A stretch of 64,000 nt of DNA from a bacterium (GCA_035387885.1 DAOOOW010000003.1:3498-67497), one strand, 5' to 3'; positions 19,865 to 28,033 are shown, numbered from the stretch's first letter. Translations and numbers: made by a program. Notes: generated from the sequence alone by a model not told the origin.

Positions 19865-20944
19865 ATGAAAGTCGCTCTCATCAACGACATGCTTGTTCAA
19901 GAAGGCGGACAAGAAAGAGTTCTGCGCGCCTTGCAAGAAATATTTCCAGAAAGTCCAACCTTTGTGTTGTTTTATGATGTTAAAAATAAAGAAAGATATT
20001 ATCAAAAAAAAGAAATTGTTTCCAGTTTTTTGCAAAGATTTCCTCAAATAGAAACCAGATATCAGTGGATGTTGCCCTTAATGTCCACGGCTATTGAATC
20101 TTTAGATTTAAGAGAATATGATTTAATTATTTCTTCAAGCTCTTCTTTTGCTAAAGGAGTTTTGGTAAAACCTGAAGCTAAACATATTTGTTATTGTCAT
20201 ACGCCGACGAGATTTTTATGGTCAGAGTGGCATGAATATATTGGCGATTTGCGCTATCCTAAATTTATTAAAAAAATATTGCCATTTTATTTATCACAAT
20301 TACGCAGTTGGGATTATAATGCAGCTCAAAGAGTAGATTATTTTTTAGCTAATTCCAAAACCGTAGCCGATAGAATAAAAAAATATTATAATCAAGATTC
20401 CGCCATAATTTTTCCACCAGTAGATACTGAAAAATATTTTATTGCCGAGCCTAAAAATTATTATTTAATTGGCGGTAGGCTTGTGCCTTACAAAAGATAC
20501 GACTTAGCTGTCAAAGCTTTTAATAAGTTAAACATACCTTTAAAAATTTTTGGCCTAGGATCAGAATATGCTTATTTAAAATCTATTGCTAAAAATAATA
20601 TTGAATTTTTGGGTGAAGTTTCTGAAAACGAAAAAATTCGCCTTTATAGCGAAGCTCTTGCTTTTCTAAATCCCGGTGAAGAAGATTTTGGTATAACTAT
20701 GATTGAATCTTTAGCTTCTGGTCGACCAGTCATTGCCTATAATAAAGGCGGGGCAAAAGAAACAATTAAAGCAGGGGAGACTGGAGTTTTTTTTAATCAC
20801 CAAACCTGGGAAAGTTTGGCTAATACCATTATTCATTTTCAACCAGAAAAATTTAATAGCCAACAAATTAAACTTCACGCCGAACAGTTTAATAAAAAAA
20901 GATTTAAAAATGAAATGAAATCTTTTCTTGACAAGATTATTTAA
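19865..20944 (+). CDS. GT4 glycosyltransferase (WbaZ-like)
   Basis: GGQERVL, CYCHTPTR, RLVPYKR and EEDFGITMIES. Confidence 0.92.
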   Translation: MKVALINDMLVQEGGQERVLRALQEIFPESPTFVLFYDVKNKERYYQKKEIVSSFLQRFPQIETRYQWMLPLMSTAIESLDLREYDLIISSSSSFAKGVLVKPEAKHICYCHTPTRFLWSEWHEYIGDLRYPKFIKKILPFYLSQLRSWDYNAAQRVDYFLANSKTVADRIKKYYNQDSAIIFPPVDTEKYFIAEPKNYYLIGGRLVPYKRYDLAVKAFNKLNIPLKIFGLGSEYAYLKSIAKNNIEFLGEVSENEKIRLYSEALAFLNPGEEDFGITMIESLASGRPVIAYNKGGAKETIKAGETGVFFNHQTWESLANTIIHFQPEKFNSQQIKLHAEQFNKKRFKNEMKSFLDKII

Positions 20945-20956
20945 TTATATACAACT

Positions 20957-21403
20957 TCACCTCTCGGCTTTATCAATAAAAAGCACTCCGTCTAAATGAT
21001 CAATTTCGTGTTGAAAAACCCTAGCCAGTAAATCCTTGGCTTTTATTTTTTGCTTTTTTGCTTCTAAATTTAAAAATTCTACTTCCACTCCATAATGTCT
21101 TTTAACCAACATAAAAATATCTGGCAAAGACAAACAACCTTCTTCGCCAATTTTTTTACGCCAAGATTTTTTTAAAATTTTAGGATTAATAAAAGCCATC
21201 ACCCCATCTTCAGAATTAACCACAATTAAGCGGATGTTTTTGCCAACCTGTGGCGCGGCCAAACCCACGCCATCTTTTTCTAACATGGTTTTGGCCATAT
21301 CTTTGACCAATTTTTTAAAATCTGCACGCAAAATCTCTTCATGTTTTATTTCACGAGATTTTTTTCTCAAAATTGGATTGGGGTGAGTGATTATTTTTAA
21401 CAT
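20957..21403 (-). CDS. def: peptide deformylase
   Basis: GVGLAAPQVG, EGCLS and QHEIDHLDG. Confidence 0.97.
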   Translation of the reverse strand: MLKIITHPNPILRKKSREIKHEEILRADFKKLVKDMAKTMLEKDGVGLAAPQVGKNIRLIVVNSEDGVMAFINPKILKKSWRKKIGEEGCLSLPDIFMLVKRHYGVEVEFLNLEAKKQKIKAKDLLARVFQHEIDHLDGVLFIDKAER

Positions 21404-21408
21404 GTCCG

Positions 21409-21539
21409 TAGTTTATCCCGAGCGATTAGTCGAGGGATCTCATTTAGAATTAAAAGTGATTTGTAATTAATGTATTTTTTATGCAGAACACGGGATCCCT
21501 CGGCTCATAACGACCAAAAAAGTCGCTCGGGATAAACTA
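21409..21539. mobile_element. MITE/REP-doublet-like inverted-repeat element (family C)
   Basis: perfect 17-bp terminal IR TAGTTTATCCCGAGCGA/TCGCTCGGGATAAACTA plus an inner IR AGTCGAGGGATCTC/GGGATCCCTCGGCT around an AT-rich core. Confidence 0.8.
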
Positions 21540-21545
21540 AAAAAA

Positions 21546-23471
21546 TTAATTTATTTTCTCAGGATTTATATCTAGCATAACATTTTTTGGCAGATTATTC
21601 AAAATTTTATCCAAAGTAATATCTAATGGAATTTTGGCAATCAAATTAAATTTAAAGTTTTTGTTTTGATGAGTATCTGGCAATGGTCCAAGAAGTTCTA
21701 TTTTTTCATCAATATTTTTAATAAATTCCGATATTTTTTTTAAAGAATTTTTTACTAATAATTCTTTTTTATCAGTGGCTATAAATTTAACCAATTGCGA
21801 AAATGGTGGATAATTAAAGTCTTGTCTAGTTTGCAATTCAGAATTATAAAATATTTCTGGCTTATTTTCTTTAATACTTTGGATGACTAAATTTTCTGGT
21901 ATATTAGTTTGTAAAACAAAATCAGCGTTATTATGAGCCGAAAAAATATTATAAAACAGCTGATAAGCCTTTTCCTCGGCTCGAAAATCACCAATATTTA
22001 ACAATTGATCAAAATTAATAAAAGCAATCAAAGCAAATTCCTTTAAATCTATTTTATTAATAACAAATCTGGTGCCAATAATTATCTGGTAATCAGCTGT
22101 TGTTTTGTGTTCCAACTTATCCAACTCTAAAATCTTGGCTTCTGGCAAAAGTTTTTGTAATTCACTTTTAACTTTTTGTGTACCCGCGCCCTTAAAATTT
22201 ATATTAATCCCGGAACATTTTGGACAAAATGGTGACATGTCTTCATGGTATTTACACCAAGAACAAACCAATTGCTTTTTTTTATTTTCATAAGCCAAAT
22301 TATTAGCACATTTTGGACATTTAAAAACATATTCACAATCTTGACAATTGACTAATTTAGCAAAACCAATACGATTATGAAACAAAAATATTTTCTGCTT
22401 ATTATTTAGTTTTTCTTTTATATTTGCTAATAATTTATCAGAAATGGGATTATAATTGCCACCCTGTCTTTCATTTTTTAAATTGACTATGCTGACAACT
22501 GCCTTTGGCCCAATGTTGCCACCTTTTTTGTCATCCTCGCGGAAGCGAGAACCCAGAAATTTTATTTTATTTGCAAATTTTTTTTTCTGGATTCCAGCTT
22601 TCGCTGGAATGACAGCCAAATTGTAAGTTTCTAAATTTGGTGCTGTCGTAGTCAAAACTAATTCCGCTCCAAAATTTTCCGCTAGCCATTCTGCCACATC
22701 TCTGGCGTCAAATCTTGGATTTGCTTCAGATTGTTTGTGATTCCAACTCTCGGCGTTTAAAATTATAAGATGTTTTAAATTAACAAACGGTAAAAAAACA
22801 GCAATTTTTGTCCCGATAATAATTTTATTTTTATTATTTAAAACATTTTGCCAAGTCTGGAAATAATCTGATTTTTTAATTTGACTATGAACAATAGCCA
22901 CATCTTTTTCTTTTACAGAACAATTGATTATTATTTTTTTAATTAAAGAAATTTCTGGTATTAAAATTAAAATTTGTTCTTTATTTTTTAAAGCCAATTT
23001 TATTTTTTCTTTAATTAAATTTTCTACTTCTGAAATATCCCGATACCATAATAATTGTGCTTTCTTTTTATTGTTTTTAATTTTTATATTTTTTTTCTGA
23101 TTTCCCTGCCTCGCCAGCAGGCAGGTGCTGGCGTATTTTGAATTTTTTTTAGGTAGATTCGGTACTAATGTTTTGGCTAAGCCAGTTAAAGAGCTGCCGG
23201 TTGATTGAGCTATAAATTTTATTAATTCAATTTGTTTGGCATTAATAATTGGTAATAGAGTAATAATTTTTATAATTTTTTTTAATTTAAAATGATAAAT
23301 TGGTTTTTTATTTTCTAAACCAATTATTAAACCATTAATTTTTTTATGCCCAAAATCTATAGCTACAATTTGGCCCAAAGAAATTACATTTTCCAATTCT
23401 AAAGGCACGGTATAGGAAAAAAAATCCAAACTGGCTGGTAATTTTAAAAGTGGAATAATTTGTGCTATCAT
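21546..23471 (-). CDS. priA: primosomal protein N' (PriA), helicase motifs degenerate, with two in-frame palindrome insertions
   Basis: N-terminal FSYTVP; ILIPEI, IGTKIAVFLP, PRFDARDVA, four CxxC pairs, GAGTQK and YPPF. Confidence 0.9.
   Translation of the reverse strand: MIAQIIPLLKLPASLDFFSYTVPLELENVISLGQIVAIDFGHKKINGLIIGLENKKPIYHFKLKKIIKIITLLPIINAKQIELIKFIAQSTGSSLTGLAKTLVPNLPKKNSKYASTCLLARQGNQKKNIKIKNNKKKAQLLWYRDISEVENLIKEKIKLALKNKEQILILIPEISLIKKIIINCSVKEKDVAIVHSQIKKSDYFQTWQNVLNNKNKIIIGTKIAVFLPFVNLKHLIILNAESWNHKQSEANPRFDARDVAEWLAENFGAELVLTTTAPNLETYNLAVIPAKAGIQKKKFANKIKFLGSRFREDDKKGGNIGPKAVVSIVNLKNERQGGNYNPISDKLLANIKEKLNNKQKIFLFHNRIGFAKLVNCQDCEYVFKCPKCANNLAYENKKKQLVCSWCKYHEDMSPFCPKCSGININFKGAGTQKVKSELQKLLPEAKILELDKLEHKTTADYQIIIGTRFVINKIDLKEFALIAFINFDQLLNIGDFRAEEKAYQLFYNIFSAHNNADFVLQTNIPENLVIQSIKENKPEIFYNSELQTRQDFNYPPFSQLVKFIATDKKELLVKNSLKKISEFIKNIDEKIELLGPLPDTHQNKNFKFNLIAKIPLDITLDKILNNLPKNVMLDINPEKIN
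22529..22614. repeat. RPE/dRS3-like palindromic element inside priA (family C)
   Basis: TGTCATCCTCGCGGAAGCGAGAACCCAG...CTGGATTCCAGCTTTCGCTGGAATGACA; reads VIPAKAGIQ...LGSRFREDD in PriA. Confidence 0.88.
23105..23125. repeat. 21-bp palindrome, family A, inside priA
   Basis: CCTGCCTCGCCAGCAGGCAGG; reads TCLLARQG. Confidence 0.88.
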
Positions 23472-23508
23472 AAAATTATCTTATCGTGTTTGTTGGTTTA
23501 ATGGCTCT

Positions 23509-23639
23509 GCCTGCCCCGCATCTGCGGTGGCCTTGAACCATTTTGTTCCTTCAGTAAAACTCGTTTATTACTTTGAGGCATTAAGGTTCAAAGTAGAGCT
23601 TTGAATCAACGTTGAGGTGGTTATGCTTTGCCGATAGGC
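23509..23639 (-). ncRNA. candidate structured RNA, 6S-like
   Basis: GC-richer non-coding island; TTGAACC/GGTTCAA stem (23533-23539 with 23585-23591) and terminal GCCT/AGGC and GCAT/ATGC pairing; TGtTAAAAT on the minus strand just upstream. Confidence 0.5.
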
Positions 23640-23772
23640 GTTATTTACTATTCCAATTTTAACATTTTACAGCTAACTTGTATAATGGTATAATATAAAC
23701 AATTCTTAATTATTAATTTTGAATTTTGAATGTCATGGTTTATTTTTATTAAAAATTAAAAATTATAATTAT

Positions 23773-24789
23773 ATGCCTACAAAAAAACCCATCCGCCTAG
23801 CTATTAATGGTTTTGGTCGTATTGGCCGAGCCGCTTTTAAAATCGCTTTGGAAAACCTCAAGTTTCAAGTGGTGGCTATTAATGATCTAACAGATAATGC
23901 CACTTTGGCCCATTTATTAAAATATGATTCTGTCTATGGTGTTTATAATCACGAGATTAAAAGTGATGAGGACAATATTTATGTTGACCAAGTTAAATAT
24001 CCCTCTTTTTCCATAAAAGATTTAGAACAATTATCTTGGCAAGATTTGCAAGTGGACGTGGTTTTAGAATGCACTGGAAAATTTGTTAAAGATAGTGTGG
24101 CTTCTGGTCATATTAAGGCTGGTGCTAAAAAAGTTATTTTATCAGCTCCGTCAAAAGGCACGCCCAAAGCACCAACCTATTTAATCGGTGTTAATGAAGA
24201 TAAATATAAAGGCGAGAGTGTTATTTCCAATGCATCTTGCACCACCAATTGTATTGCCCCAGTGACTAAAGTTATTTTAGATAATTTTGGTATAAAAAAA
24301 GCTTTTCTAAATACTATTCATTCCTATACTGCAGATCAAAATTTGGTTGATGGTCCACATAAAGATTTGCGTCGTGCTCGTAGCGCTGCTTACAATATTA
24401 TACCAACTTCTACTGGCGCGGCTATTGCGGTGACAGAAGTTTTGCCAGAATTAAAAGGTAAATTTGACGGCGTGGCTTTGCGGGTGCCTACAATTTGCGG
24501 TTCTATTTCAGACATTACTTATGTTTTAAAAAAGAAAGCTACCGTTGATAGTGTTAATAAAGCCCTTAAAAAAGCTTCTCTCGCTGCTAAAATGAAAAAT
24601 ATTTTAACAGTTAGTAATGAGCCATTGGTTTCTAGTGATATTATTGGTAATCCAGCTTCTGTAGTTGTGGATTTAGAATCCACCATGATGTTGGGTGAAG
24701 ATTATTTAAAAATTTTAGCTTGGTATGATAATGAATGGGGTTATTCATGTCGCCTTGTTGAAATGGCCGAAGTGGTCATGAAGAAATAG
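23773..24789 (+). CDS. gap: type I glyceraldehyde-3-phosphate dehydrogenase
   Basis: AINGFGRIGR, SNASCTTNC and WYDNEWGYS; ATG 23773 preferred over TTG 23719. Confidence 0.97.
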   Translation: MPTKKPIRLAINGFGRIGRAAFKIALENLKFQVVAINDLTDNATLAHLLKYDSVYGVYNHEIKSDEDNIYVDQVKYPSFSIKDLEQLSWQDLQVDVVLECTGKFVKDSVASGHIKAGAKKVILSAPSKGTPKAPTYLIGVNEDKYKGESVISNASCTTNCIAPVTKVILDNFGIKKAFLNTIHSYTADQNLVDGPHKDLRRARSAAYNIIPTSTGAAIAVTEVLPELKGKFDGVALRVPTICGSISDITYVLKKKATVDSVNKALKKASLAAKMKNILTVSNEPLVSSDIIGNPASVVVDLESTMMLGEDYLKILAWYDNEWGYSCRLVEMAEVVMKK

Positions 24790-24798
24790 TCCTTTGTT

Positions 24799-24850
24799 TG
24801 TCATCCCCGCCGGTCTCGCCATGAATCAGGCACACAGAGCTGGGATCCCG
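24799..24850. repeat. degenerate half of a family C palindrome
   Basis: TGTCATCCCCGCC...GGGATCCCG just after the gap stop. Confidence 0.5.
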
Positions 24851-24872
24851 TGAATATAACATGGAGGTTAAT

Positions 24873-25037
24873 ATGTTTTATATAGCATATTATTTATTAA
24901 TTTTGGTTGTTTGTTGCATTATTTTTTTGATTATGATTTTTGGTATTATGTTTTGGAGGTTTAAAATAGCCAAAACACAAACGGAAAAAATTTTTTCACT
25001 AAAAAAGCCACTCAGCAGAGTGGCTTTTTATGTCTAA
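24873..25037 (+). CDS. small single-TM protein (54 aa), possibly truncated; missing from the ORF track
   Basis: GGAGG SD before ATG; MFYIAYYLLILVVCCIIFLIMIFGIMFWRFK...; reads through a terminator hairpin. Confidence 0.5.
   Translation: MFYIAYYLLILVVCCIIFLIMIFGIMFWRFKIAKTQTEKIFSLKKPLSRVAFYV
25003..25028. terminator. bidirectional terminator, direct-repeat copy 1
   Basis: AAAAGCCACTCAGCAGAGTGGCTTTT. Confidence 0.85.
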
Positions 25038-25073
25038 CTTTAGCTAAAATATTTTGCTATACATAACTTTTGC

Positions 25074-25100
25074 TTGACAAATCTCTCTCTCTGCTATAAT
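25074..25100 (+). promoter_or_regulatory. sigma70 promoter with (TC)5 in a 15-bp spacer
   Basis: TTGACA-aatctctctctctgc-TATAAT, with extended -10 TG. Confidence 0.75.
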
Positions 25101-25173
25101 GGAAATATCAAAAAAGATATACATTGTTACAGTAAATGCAATGAGCAATAAATCTAACTCCTAGGGAGGGATT

Positions 25174-25497
25174 ATGTCAAAAGTGAAAGCAAGAGAGGTG
25201 TTGTCAGTAAGTAAACACGGTCCTGACTACCACTGGTTTCATCTGGTAGTCAACGGGCTGCAAACACTGACGGTTTCTGATGCTGCAGCGGTATGGATCG
25301 TAGATGATACGGTTCATAAGACCACTGCAATTATCACCAGAGCTTGGGAAAAGTATGATGATCAAAAAGATCTCGTTGTTAAACGGGCTAAAATCACTGG
25401 CCCGGAGTTTCAAATCCTGAATCTTCTAAGTAGCCTTGGGATGGGGACTCCTGAAGTCGCAGCTATTCCTTGGCAAAAAAATGAAGATGCTGTGTAA
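25174..25497 (+). CDS. hypothetical protein (orphan cassette)
   Basis: AGGGAGG SD, own promoter and terminator; higher GC than its neighbours. Confidence 0.75.
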   Translation: MSKVKAREVLSVSKHGPDYHWFHLVVNGLQTLTVSDAAAVWIVDDTVHKTTAIITRAWEKYDDQKDLVVKRAKITGPEFQILNLLSSLGMGTPEVAAIPWQKNEDAV

Positions 25498-25508
25498 TCT
25501 TCGTCTTG

Positions 25509-25534
25509 AAAAGCCACTCAACAGAGTGGCTTTT
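25509..25534. terminator. bidirectional terminator, direct-repeat copy 2
   Basis: AAAAGCCACTCAACAGAGTGGCTTTT (25/26 identical to copy 1). Confidence 0.85.
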
Positions 25535-25548
25535 GTATTTAATATTTT

Positions 25549-26736
25549 TTATTCCTGGTAGACTTTTTCCGTCTCTCTCAGCATTTTTTCCAAGCTAAAA
25601 TTTTTTATTTTTTCCAAATTATTGTGGCTGAATTTTTCTGCCAATTTTGGATCATCCAAAATTTTTTCTAAAGCCCTAGTAATTTCTCTGGGTTTTTCTT
25701 TGTTAACTATTAGACCATTAGCATCTTGTTCAACAATTTCTAACATGCCTCCAACAGAGGTGGCCACAACAGGTAATCCAGCAGCCATGGCTTCCATAAC
25801 AGAATAGGAAAAACCTTCTTTAACAGAGGGCAAACAAAAAATATCAAAAGCTTTTAAAAGTTCATAAGCTTTATCAATATTACCAACAAGAAAAAAAACA
25901 TTCTCTAAATTTAATTGCTTAATTTCACGTTCTAGGTTTTTTCTTTGTCCACCTTCACCAATAACTATAAAAATAACTTGTGGATTTTTTTCTTTTAAAA
26001 TTTTGGCTGCTCGAATTAAGTAAATTAGACCTTTGGTGGCATATAAATTGGCAATAGTGCCAATAAGTGGTGAGTAATCCCTAATTTGCCTGCCTGCCGG
26101 CGAGGCAGGTAATCTGTAATTGGTAATTAATGTTTTTCTAGCTTCAGATTTTTCTAAAAAATTTAATTTAGTTAAATCAATACCGTTGTGAATAGTAATA
26201 AATTTATGATGGGGAGCTATTTTGTGATTTAAACCAGTGATTTTATCTAATTCGGAAACACAAATGATTTTATCTTTAAAATGTCCAGATATTCTTTCAG
26301 ACCATTGGTAAAATAATTTTCTACCAAGAGATATTGGTTCGTTAAACACAAAACCATGAACAGTATAAATTATTTTGACTTTTTTACCACTTATCTTTTT
26401 ATAAAGCCAGCCCATAACTGCGCCGGTCGAGCCAATTTTACTGGAATTTAAATGAATAATATCTGGTTGAGATTTTTCAAGTAGCCGATAAATTTCTAAG
26501 CCTGATAAAAAATCATGCCAGAGATTTATTTCTCTGACAACATGTTTAAGTCGCCAAACTTTAAAACCCTTTTGAGACAAACTTTCTAGCCAATCAACAA
26601 CGGGGTGTTCTTTTTTTTCTCCGACCGCAATTTCTATAATATATTTATTAGCAGGTAAATTTTCTGCCAAATCAATAATATATTTTTGGGCGCCACCAAA
26701 TTCACTTTGAGTGACAAGATAGAGAATTTTAATCAT
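25549..26736 (-). CDS. GT4 glycosyltransferase with a repeat-derived linker insertion
   Basis: GGAQKY, HLNSSK, YTVHG, HNGID and KEGFSYSVMEAMAAG. Confidence 0.93.
   Translation of the reverse strand: MIKILYLVTQSEFGGAQKYIIDLAENLPANKYIIEIAVGEKKEHPVVDWLESLSQKGFKVWRLKHVVREINLWHDFLSGLEIYRLLEKSQPDIIHLNSSKIGSTGAVMGWLYKKISGKKVKIIYTVHGFVFNEPISLGRKLFYQWSERISGHFKDKIICVSELDKITGLNHKIAPHHKFITIHNGIDLTKLNFLEKSEARKTLITNYRLPASPAGRQIRDYSPLIGTIANLYATKGLIYLIRAAKILKEKNPQVIFIVIGEGGQRKNLEREIKQLNLENVFFLVGNIDKAYELLKAFDIFCLPSVKEGFSYSVMEAMAAGLPVVATSVGGMLEIVEQDANGLIVNKEKPREITRALEKILDDPKLAEKFSHNNLEKIKNFSLEKMLRETEKVYQE
26071..26126. repeat. heptamer array (TNNNTAA x5) interrupted by a family A palindrome at 26089-26109
   Basis: removing CCTGCCTGCCGGCGAGGCAGG restores TGAGTAA TCCCTAA TTTGTAA TCTGTAA TTGGTAA. 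Confidence 0.88.
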
Positions 26737-26792
26737 ATTTTATATTATATAACAAATTGCCATTTTGAGCAAAAAGAGCTAAAATAGAAAAT

Positions 26793-28022
26793 ATGCAACT
26801 CAAGCAGGAAAAACCCAAAATTTTAATTTTTTCTTTAGCTTATTTTCCATTTATTGGTGGTGCGGAAGTCGCGGTAAAAGAAATTATTACACGTTTACCG
26901 GAATTTGAATTTGACATGATTACTTGTAATTTAGATGGACAACAAAAAGCCGAAGAACAAATTAATAATATAAAAATTTATCGAGTTGGCAGAGGAAAAT
27001 TTGCTAAAATATTTTTTCCATTTTTGGCATACAAAAAAGCATGCTCTCTCTTTTGTCATCCCGACGATCCGCCAACCGGCGGACGGGATCCTTATGTTGT
27101 CTCCAGTCTCTTGACTGGAGACGCAATGCACTATCGCTCCAGTCAGGAGACTGGAGCGAACAACTATATTATCTGGTCCATCATGGCCAATCAAGCCGGT
27201 CTAGCTGCTTTATTTTTTAAGAAAAAATTTCCTCAAGTTAAATTTTTATTAACTTTGCAAGAAGGCGATTCTGTTTTTAATATTTGGAAAAAAACTTGGT
27301 ACATGCGCCCGCTTTATAAAGCCATTTATCATTCGGCTGATTGCATTCAAGCTATTAGTAATTTTTTAGCCAAGAGAGCTCTTAAATATGGTTACAAAGG
27401 ACCAATAGAAGTGATACCCAACGGAGTAGATTTAGAAAAATTTAAGTATCTTGAAAAAAATTTGCTTGATAAAAAAGACAAAGTAATTTTGACAGACTCT
27501 CGATTGGTGGAAAAAAATGGTGTGGAATATTTAATTAAAGCCATGATTCTAATTAATATTAAAATTAAATTATTAATTTTAGCTGATGGACCACTGAGAG
27601 AATATTTACAAAAACTGGTTGTTAATTTAAACTTGCAAGACAGAGTTGAATTTTTGGGTTTAATTCCTTATGATAATATTCAAAAATATTATGCCGAGGC
27701 AGATGTTTTTGTGCGGCCGTCATTAACAGAAGGTTTTGGTAATGTTTTTATTCAAGCTATGGCCGCTGGAATTCCAGTTATTGCCACACCAGTTGGCGGT
27801 ATTCCAGATTTTTTGAAAGCAGGGGAGACGGGATGGTTTTGTGAAGTAAAAAATCCACAAAGTATTGCCGAAAAAATAAATTATATTTTAGATGAAAAAA
27901 ATAAAGATGAAGTTGAACGAGTAGTGGCTAATGCCAAAAAGATGGTTGAAGAAAAATATACTTGGGAAATTGTGACTAAAAAAATGAAAAATATTTTTGT
28001 TTCCCTAATTTTTAATTTTTAA
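26793..28022 (+). CDS. GT4 glycosyltransferase with an about 35-aa palindrome-derived insertion
   Basis: GGAEVA, IPNGVD, RLVEKNG and EGFGNVFIQAMAAG; TTGCCA-17-TAAAAT promoter ends 7 nt before the ATG. Confidence 0.92.
   Translation: MQLKQEKPKILIFSLAYFPFIGGAEVAVKEIITRLPEFEFDMITCNLDGQQKAEEQINNIKIYRVGRGKFAKIFFPFLAYKKACSLFCHPDDPPTGGRDPYVVSSLLTGDAMHYRSSQETGANNYIIWSIMANQAGLAALFFKKKFPQVKFLLTLQEGDSVFNIWKKTWYMRPLYKAIYHSADCIQAISNFLAKRALKYGYKGPIEVIPNGVDLEKFKYLEKNLLDKKDKVILTDSRLVEKNGVEYLIKAMILINIKIKLLILADGPLREYLQKLVVNLNLQDRVEFLGLIPYDNIQKYYAEADVFVRPSLTEGFGNVFIQAMAAGIPVIATPVGGIPDFLKAGETGWFCEVKNPQSIAEKINYILDEKNKDEVERVVANAKKMVEEKYTWEIVTKKMKNIFVSLIFNF
27054..27164. repeat. compound palindrome cluster inside the GT4: family C half-element plus an inverted doublet of family B REPs
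   Basis: TGTCATCCCGACGATCCGCCAACCGGCGGACGGGATCC (27054-27091), then GTTGTCTCCAGTCTCTTGACTGGAGAC...TCGCTCCAGTCAGGAGACTGGAGCGAACAAC (27096-27164, 69 nt). Confidence 0.9.
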
Positions 28023-28033
28023 TTTTATTTTGT

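Noticed and set aside
23509-23639. tRNA, tmRNA or cobalamin riboswitch
   Set aside because: No cloverleaf or T-loop with CCA end, and no B12-box consensus recognised.
24861-25540. Classical integron cassette array
   Set aside because: No integrase, and the repeats lack recognisable attC RYYYAAC...GTTRRRY ends; kept only as a terminator-repeat hypothesis.
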